Assembly (NCBI RefSeq): GCF_963853765.1
Contig: NC_088854.1
Span: 59,148,001 to 59,212,000, forward strand
Source of the DNA: Magallana gigas
Lineage: Eukaryota
DNA length: 64,000 bases
Direction: 5' to 3'
Shown: positions 51,701 to 61,400 of the stretch, one piece after another
How positions within the stretch are numbered: the stretch's first letter is position 1
Layout of the letters: every line of letters begins with the position of its first letter
The notes under the pieces: generated by a model
What the model was told of the DNA's origin: nothing
Database searches by the model: none
The model's input: only the letters and a program-made list of their open reading frames with translations
Made by a program: the position numbers and the translations under genes

Positions 51701-54700
51701 CGGTTGAAGTTCAATAAAATGCAATATTTATTGTCAGTACCTGTTGAGAATTTTGTGGAATAAGCTACAACAAAATAAATATTCCTTAAATTGATGGCTG
51801 GCCAAATTGTATACCCTATTGGGCAATTCAGCAAGCTATTGAAATCTACCAGTATTCTGTAATTAACTGTACAGTAACTGAATTATCTTTCCTTGAAATA
51901 GGCCCTTGTCCTTCATTTGAAGGAAAGTGAAAATAACACTTATTTAAAAGTATATATTAATCAGAATATGTATTTTCTAAGTTCACTAAACTTCAAGACA
52001 GAGCAAAGACACTGAATGAATAGTTAAAACAAAATGAAAGTACAACACCTGGTTACGAAAATTACCACATCTAAAAATAGTACAGTAATTCCATAGGTAA
52101 GGTGTTGTCCTTCAAAATGGAGTCATTTCTAACAAGAATGTAAGTAAAAATCAATCTTCTAATTTATATTTGAATTTAGTCATAATGTGGTGCATTAAAT
52201 GTTTATTTTTAGCTCACCGAGACGAAGTCAGGGGGAGCTTATGCTATACCGTCGGCGTCGGCGTCTGCGTCCGCGTCCGGACCTGGTTAAAGTTTTTGTT
52301 GCAGGTCCTGTATCTAAGCTATTACTTGTCCTATCTTCACCAAACTTGCATGGATGATGCATCTGGACTTACTTATGGACTTGAAAGACTTGGATGCTGA
52401 ATCTCAGTCCTAAATTTCAGATGCTGGAGGAGGTTAAGGTTGTTGGACCAGGTTAAAGTTTTTGTTGCAGGTGCCCTTTGATAGCAATATCTAAGTTACT
52501 ACTGGTCCGTACTTCACCAAACTTGCATGGATGGTGTGTCTTATGATACTGATGCACCAGACAGGCTTGAGTGCTGAATCTGAGCTATAGGTTTCAGATG
52601 CTGGAGGAGGTAAAGGTTTTTAGAGCAGGTTAAAGTTTTTGTTGCAGGTGCCCTTTGATAGCAATATCTAAGTTACTGCTGGTCCGTACTTCACCAAACT
52701 TGCATTGATGGTGTGTCTTATGATAATGATGCACCAGGCAGGCTTGATGCTGAATCTGAGCTATAGGCTACAGATGCTGAAGGAGGTTAAGATTTTTAGA
52801 GCTGGTTAAAGTTTTTGTTGCAGGTGCCCTCTAATGATTATATCTTAGTTACTACTTGTCCTAACTTCACCAGACTTCCATGGATGGTGCGTCTTATGAT
52901 ACTGATGCACCAGACAGGCTAAAGAATGCTGAATCTGAGCCATAGGTTTCGGATGCTGGAGGAGGTTAAGGTTTTTAGAGCTGGTTAAAGTTTTTGAAAC
53001 AGGTGCCCTCAGATGATAATATCTTAGTTATTACAATTGTCCTAACTTCACCAGACTTCCATGGATGGTGCGTCTTATGATACTGATGCACCTGACAGGC
53101 TTGAATGCTGAGTCTGAGCCATAGGTTTCAGATGCTGGATATGGTTAAGTTTTTTGGAACAGGTCACATGTTTAATAGATGATAGTACTATTTCAAACTT
53201 GCATAGTTGATTAAACTGTAATATGAATGAATCACAGAGGAAGCTTCAGATGCAGAGCTTGATCTCCATTGTCAAGGATGCTAAAAAATATATCTTAGTT
53301 ATTACAGGTCCTAACTTCACCAAACTTGAAGGGATGGTGTGTCTTATGATACAGATGCACCTGACAGGCATGGATGTTGAATCTGAGCCAAAGGTTGCGG
53401 ATGCTGGAGCAGGTTAAGGTTTTAATTGCTAGTGCTCTCTGATGATGATATCTCAGTTATTACTGGTCTGAACTTCACCATACTTGCATGGAGATGCTTC
53501 TTATGTATACTGATGCACCTGATGGGCTTGAATGCTGAATCTGAGTCATAGGTTTCGGATGCTGGATGAGGTTTAGTTTTTTTGGAACAGGTCACATGTT
53601 TTATAGATGATAGCTTGCATAGTTGATTTAACTATATTATAAATGAAACGCAGAGGTTGCTTCAGATGCAGAGCCAGATCTCCATTATCAAGGATGCTAA
53701 AGAAATTTACCTCACTCAAACCTGCTCGATAGATAGATGTGTTTGTTGATAAATGATATAACATGATTCCTATGATATAGTATTGTATGGAATAAAACAA
53801 TATTGTTTTAATATGATACAATATAATATCATATGTAATATTATAAAAAGTTATATGATATGATATGATATTGTATCAATATTTTTTTTATTTTATGTAA
53901 TGATATCGTATCATGATATCGTTATGTATAGTATTGTATATTATGATACAATATTGTATAATATTATATTGTATTATTAATTTATTATTTTATCACATGA
54001 TACTGTTACATAAGATATTGCAAAATATAATATTTTATCCTATGATACAATATTGTATATTCCATTGTATTGTATCATACGATATTGTATAGTATGATAT
54101 TAGTTTCTGTTATATAGAATTATATCACATGAAATTGTACAATATGATACTGTAATATTATATTATATCGTATCATACGATATTGTATAATATGATATTG
54201 GCTTATAATATGATATATTGTCACATCACATGAAATTGTATTGTATGATATTGTAAAATATATTATAATTGTATCATATGATACAATATGTATAATATAA
54301 TATTGTATTATATAATATTTTACTTTATCACATAATATTGTATCATTTGATATGATACAATGTTGTATCAAATTATATTGTATCATATGATACAATATCA
54401 TATTATGTTTCAAAAATGATACAGTATCATACAATATCATACCATATTATACAATATAATATCATATGTTTCAATGTTATGATGTATTATGTATTATGAT
54501 ATTGTAATATAATACTATATTGTTTCATATATTATGATATTGTATTTTGTGATCAAATACAATAACGTTTAACACAATACAATGTCATATCATACATTAC
54601 AATATCATCATTGTTTATTATGGTATTTTATTGTATTATATGATATATATTGTATATATGATAGGATGCAATATTTAATTTTATATTATTGTATTGATTA

Positions 54701-57700
54701 ACATATGAACATATGATTATAATACAATTTTTTGACAGATTATATACGATATTGTGTCAAAACAGAATCCATGAATATCCAAGATCATAAAGTATGATTT
54801 TCATTTAATATGATAAAGGTGGTCTCATAAAGGTGAAGTCTCATAAGGGTGATGTCTCGTCTCGGTGAGCTTTGTAATCTGTGATTACCTATGTTTTATG
54901 TTATAATATTCTGTTGTCTGTCATTGATTTCATTTTGACTGTATGCAAACATGGTGATGTCAATTTATAAACCATTGAAGTGTTCATTTCAAAAATGGGT
55001 GTTTATTGTCAATAATTGATAGATTTTTTGTGTTTCTTTAATTATGAAAAATAAAAGGCACATTATAAATTATTCTCTATTAAGAAGTGGACTGGCACAG
55101 CCTACGTCCATGGATGTAGGCTATGCCTGTACACTCCTCAAAAGAGAATAATTCTAAATGGCCTATTTTGTAAGCAGTACGTCTCCAAGCCATTTTTAAA
55201 ATCCGTTGAAAAAGCCCCTCTCCTCCTTTTAAATATGACAAAATCTTGAAACAAAGTTTAAAATAAGTATTTTTAACCCAATCAAATCCAATAAAGCCCA
55301 AAGAACTGTAGCTCCACTTGAAATTCAGGTTGACTGACCGCAGAGTTACAGTTCCATCCATACAAAAAACTATATTGTTTGTACATAAAAAGTTGTGCAT
55401 GGTTTGCCTGTTGAGCTTTAGCTCTGAAGCTAAAAATTATAATAAAAAAAACACAGTTTATTCGACACTTCTTAAGCTTTCAAAAATATGCATATTATTA
55501 ATGACAGATATGAGGGACTTGAGCATATGTCAGAGTCAGTGTTTGTGGGACTGTGTGATATAATGGGGACCTCACAACAGGTGGCCATCAGGAGGGAGGC
55601 AAGGGACATCAGGGAGATGGTGGACAGACGAGTGACATGTAACAATGGGACCATTGAGATGATGAGTGGAAGTTACAGAGAAGGATTTAGACTGGAGGGA
55701 TCAGATATAGACTTTATGTACTGGCCAAACAACCACCGAGTGATCATGGACATGTCTCAGTTCGAGTATTACAACACAGCCAATACAACCTTGATTCTCT
55801 CTGATAGTTCTGAGAGTCCACCAGGATTCACTCTACTTCAGTTACTGACTCCATCAAGATATAGACAAGTCCAGTCAGCATGTGTCACAATGAATGATAG
55901 AGTCTATATATCTAGTTCTACATACAGACAGTTAACTTGTTCATTAGTTCATCCTAATTCTACTGTACACGGACCCTGTGGTAGTGGTGTATATGGAGGA
56001 GTACTAGAATATGACACTGCCATCTGTTTTGTTTGTGACTTTTGGCCTCGGTCTGCCTCCTCGTGGATAGACAGATGTCACTCATGGCCTGATCCTGAAG
56101 TTGTCAATGACATTGTCAGAAATGGCTGTCACTTTGTAGCAATAGGACACCCATTAGGACCACATGGAAATAGAGAATGGAGAATTTCATTTTCTCTGGC
56201 AGAATATAAACTTGTTTCATCAATGAACCACTGTCAATTTTTGACTTATGGATTGTTAAAACTTTTCTTAAAAGAAGTAATGAATCAACAGTCAGAGGAA
56301 ACCAATAAACTGTTGTGTTCCTATCACATGAAGACAACAGTTTTTTGGGCGATTCAACAAAACACACTACCTCACTGGTGTCCACAAAATCTCCTGGCCG
56401 GTTTCTGGGTCTGCTTTAAACTTCTCCTTAAATGGGTGCATGAGGGAGTTAGTCCAAACTTTTTCATCCCACAAAACAACCTATTTCTGACAAAGGTCCA
56501 TGGCTCAGCACAAAACAGATTATTCCTACAGTTACATGAATTGTACAAGAAAGGTCTGGCCTGTCTGTTACAGAGTTCCTCAATCAGGTCCTACATCATT
56601 GATGTCCTGTACAATCCTAGACTTTCTATATGTACAGATGAAAGTATTATGATGTCTGAAGTTGATTATGATGTAGAACTTGTCAGGGAGTCCAATAGAG
56701 CTGTTGTTTCTGAAGTAGATCTATTTGGTATTTCAAAAGCCATACACACAATAGAACAGTTGGTAGAGTCACCCCTGACACGCTATCAAGTTGTTACAAT
56801 ACAGAGTGTTACAGCCTCTTTATTTCAGTGTACTGCATTTCAATTACAAAAAATGTACACTAACACAGGTTACAACAAGCAGATGTATATTGCAGACAAA
56901 ATGTCCTGTCACATGTTGAAATTAGCAGCCAAGTTACGATGTGTATCTGACATGTTGTACATTGCCATGTATTATTACAAGACACTCAGATACAGGGAAG
57001 CTTTATCTGTTCTAGAGATGACAAAGGTCAAGTTAGCACAGCCATATCTGATGTACCGGGGTATAAGGGACATGTAGACAGAGAGAGGTATACTGAGGCT
57101 GTAGGGGGACAGTCCTGGTCTACAAAGAGCAGACAGGCTGTAGCAAGGGATATCAAACTTGACCATGAAATCTGTTATATCAGTGAACTAATACCAGAAC
57201 AACAGTCTGCTCTACAAAACAAAGATGATGCATTACATATCCCAGTGTTTGTAATGTTACACTTCCTAGAGTTCTTGTGTTACAGACACCTTGATACAAC
57301 ATTATCACAAACAGCTCTAGATGAGCTACAGGTCCTAGTCCACCATGATCAGGGACTGTATATATTTCATCTATACAGAGACATCTCCTGGGAGATCCTG
57401 GGGATCTGTCAACAGATCACGGGGAACCTCCAGGCTGCTCTATACTCATACCAACAGTCATTCACACAGTATCCGTTGCACAGAATACAAACTGCTACAC
57501 ACAGGAGAATACAGGACATAGTTGGAACAATCTCACACCAGTAAATAATTACCTATAATATAGGAAACGTTCTGAGATTGAAAGCTAGTAACAAACTTAG
57601 TATAATTATGTATAAAGATAAGACAGATTGTATTACGACATTCCTGCATTATGATAAATCTATCCTTGAATCACATGCTACTTTGGGTCTATTTCAGGGG

Positions 57701-58364
57701 TATTTGACAACTGTACATGTGACTTATATTTTTAGTTGTTTGTTAGCAGTAGATGTAACATAGCATTGCCTCTAAGTTATGTATGACAGAATGAGTGAGT
57801 AGTAATACATTGCAGTGCGTCTGGGTTTAGCAGTGTAATACAATACAGATCAATTTACTACAATATCCTTGAACTGATAAAGTCTGTGACTGACGGAATG
57901 AATGTACTATGCTTTGCTAGTCCAGTTTGAAATACTGTATTATGGTTTACATTTCCTTATCAACAGTGTACTTTACTGCTGTATTTATGCAATGTTTATT
58001 GTATTTCTAATTTTTTCATATTAAAACAATGCACTGAAAGAAAGCATTCTTTTTTAAATGCACTGATGTTTAATCAATGTCTTGACATTTATATTTGCAA
58101 TCTACAGGATATGCATTTGTAACTTTTTTTTTTATCATGATGTTGTTTATATATATCTGCAAGTTGTGAAAATATGGTAAAGTCCCTAAATCTTTCCACA
58201 CATGTATTTTATCTTTAATACCATAAAACGGGAGGCCCAGGAGCCATATCGCTCACCTGAGTAACATTGGTCAAAACTCTAATCAGCAAGCGGGAATATG
58301 TATTTGGAATCAAAAGACATACTATCTAGTTTAATAAGAACAAAGGAATTTCTCTCTCTTTCTA

Positions 58365-58410
<46 letters not shown>

Positions 58411-61400
58411 AGGAGGTGATAAACAAAAGTCTCATACCATGGTCCAGAGTACGCATAGCTCTCTCCTAGATAGGAGATGATCGTACATGTTGAATGTGGT
58501 TTGCTTACTTACCAGTCAAGTGATTGAGATGAATTTCTCAATTTCTACACCTTTCAATCGGAAATCGACAGTCAATAAACAAATTTAACGATGATATGAA
58601 AGAACTTTAGACAGAAGTGGAAAGTGCAAAGGGGTCTATCTACACGTAGGTAGAACTGAGCAATCTTTGCTTGCCAAGTTTCCAATTCGGTTATTCTTCC
58701 TTACCGTACCACATGGTATGAATTTACACACGTGTAAACATACATTACCATACATTTTACCACAGATGTTATTTCTTCACTTGTCTCTAAATTCCTTTAA
58801 ATGCCATCACTAGACCAATACAGTGGCGTGGTTTGTTTACATGTAAAAATGATGACTCCTGATCTGCTTTTTGAGGTCGATTTGCTTAAAGATGATTTAT
58901 TAGGAGAAAGTTTGGGGCAAGTTAAGTGACAACTACATTTATGAACAGTCGTAAACTGAATGAACAATTTTTAATTGATTATTTTCACAGAATTAAAGGT
59001 ATGATATAATGTCAATTATATCTGTTCACAGGGCTTCTATATATGTCATAGACAGCAGAGTGGATATGAACCCCTGTGATCTGATCATACCTAGCATAAT
59101 TCATGCAAAGTAAATTGCAAGTTTTTCATAATTGAAATATGCACTGTACATTTTATAGATATGTACATCTATAATCAAACCCATTTTTACTTAGAGCCAC
59201 AGCCATATTTATCGTGTGATTGTTATGTCACAACAAATGCCCCAATTCTGATTGCCATCAGAAACAGGCGAATTTTTCATTTTCTGTTATGTTGTTGTTT
59301 TGTCTGTACATAATTTAGTCTGCACAGCAGCCAATCAGAAGTAAACTGAGTCCACCAATATGACAGTTTGTGGTCATGAACCGGGTATGGTTTATGCATG
59401 ACGTAGCTGACAGACTTGAACGTAATGCTATACCGGTATTGAAAAAACCTCACCAAATTCATTATGATAATAATACTGTAGGTATTTACATGCATATGTG
59501 TTTTGTACACTTTGTCATTAATATTTCCATTGATTATAAATGTATAAGCTGAAAAGCAGATATTCTAATATGGATAAAAATTTTGGTTTGTGATCTGAAA
59601 TGGTTTTGTTGGAATTTAATTTTGTTCTTAACCATATAAACGCTTTGATTTTATTGAAGAATATGAACCCCCAAAAGAATTTTCTGTTTTTAATTAATTA
59701 AATACAGTACATTCAAAATGTCTAACACGTCAATTTTGATAAGGAATCACATATATTGTAAATTTGCAATGTGTACTCAGTGTTTCCATTAAATATATAA
59801 TCATGTTTTTTACCTGTTGTTCACCTGTTTTACCTGTCTTACCTGTGTTTCTGGTCAGTCCCTCCAATAAGATACGGAGGATTCTGACCCTAGCGGAGGA
59901 GCTGGAGACGATCCCCCCTCACAGCAAGGGGAGGCTTACTGTGGAGTACTACCACCAGATCAAAACCTACCTACACAAGGTCAGTCAAACGGTCATACCA
60001 TCACAGAAAAGGCCACTAGTACTACCGCCATATAATGTCCTACTTACACAATTTCAAACGGTCATACCATCACAGAATAGGCCGCTAGCACTACCGCCAT
60101 ATAATGTCCTACTTACACAATGTTAAACGGTCATCTCATCACAGAATAGGCCGCTAATACTACCGCCATATAATTACATACTTACACAATGTCAAACGGT
60201 CATACCATCACAGAATAGGCCGCTAGTACTACCGCCATATAATTACATACTTACACAATGTCAAACGGTCATACCATCACAGAATAGGCCACTAGTACTA
60301 CCGCCATATAATTACATACTTACACAATGTCAAACGGTCATACCATCACAGAATAGGCCGCTAGCACTACCGCCATATAATGTCCTACTTACACAATGTC
60401 AAACGGTCATACCATCACAGAATAGGCCGCTAGCACTACCGCCATATAATGTCCTACTTACACAATGTCAAACGGTCATCTCATCACAGAATAGGCCGCT
60501 AGTGTTACATGTAGCATCATAGAAAGACGTACTTAAAGGGACTTGGGCACAATTTAAGATCAAAAATTCTTTTTTTTATTTTTTATGTACAAAATGGTTT
60601 ATTAGTGCATTTTAAATGATGAACCAAAATATTGAATGTTTAAGTCAAGTTACAAGCGATATATAGGGGTAGGAATTGGTTGTTATGTTTAGAAAGCTCA
60701 AGTCTTATAGTTGTTTACAAAAAATGTTATGTAGAGAATTACCATTTCTTTGACAAGATGACATGTTAAATCAATTTAAACTAATTCAGTATCTTCATAA
60801 ATACTATTATCAACAAAAAAAAGGTACATTAGATTGAAACTTGCACCGATACAACACATATGTAAAAATGACAACATTCGGGCTTTGTTTACAAAACAAA
60901 GAATTATGAACTCTGTATCTTAATACTTAAAACTTAATATTTGACTTTCAAATTTTGACAAAGCATTATAAACTTCTATATTTATCAGTATAAACATTGA
61001 ACATGGAGAAATAAAATTTGAAAATTTTAAGTCAAATCGTGTCCCTTTAATACACAATGTCGGTCAAACTTCTCATCACTGAATAAACTTTAGTTTTATA
61101 TTGTGATTTTTAGCTGAATGAAAATTAAAAGGTAAGAAATCAGTCCCAGGATATATAAGAAGTAAAGTATTTTGTTCTTTCCAAAAATAACTATAAAAGA
61201 TTGATAACTATAGAAGATTGATAGGTCTGGATTACATACTTTTATTTTGTGTTACTTTCACTTTGTGTTGTTCCCAGGCTTTTGACCTGCCCATTCACCC
61301 CCTGGGTAAGCTAATGGAGGGCCTGGTGGATGTATTCCGTGCGGCGTATATTGGAGTGGGAGCCCACCCCAGACTGTTGGACCACGCTGTTAAGGAGATC

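Noticed and set aside
54120-54440. 106-aa Ile/Tyr-rich ORF
   Set aside because: By-product of the AT-rich pentamer tract.
57061-57077. 17-nt GT...AG micro-intron (GTATAAGGGACATGTAG) whose removal restores the cGLR frame
   Set aside because: Far below normal metazoan spliceosomal intron size, and it would delete the GHVD residues expected there; an indel is more parsimonious.
55400-58100. cGLR as a processed retrocopy
   Set aside because: No poly(A) tract or target-site duplication is visible, and lack of introns in the coding block is not sufficient evidence.
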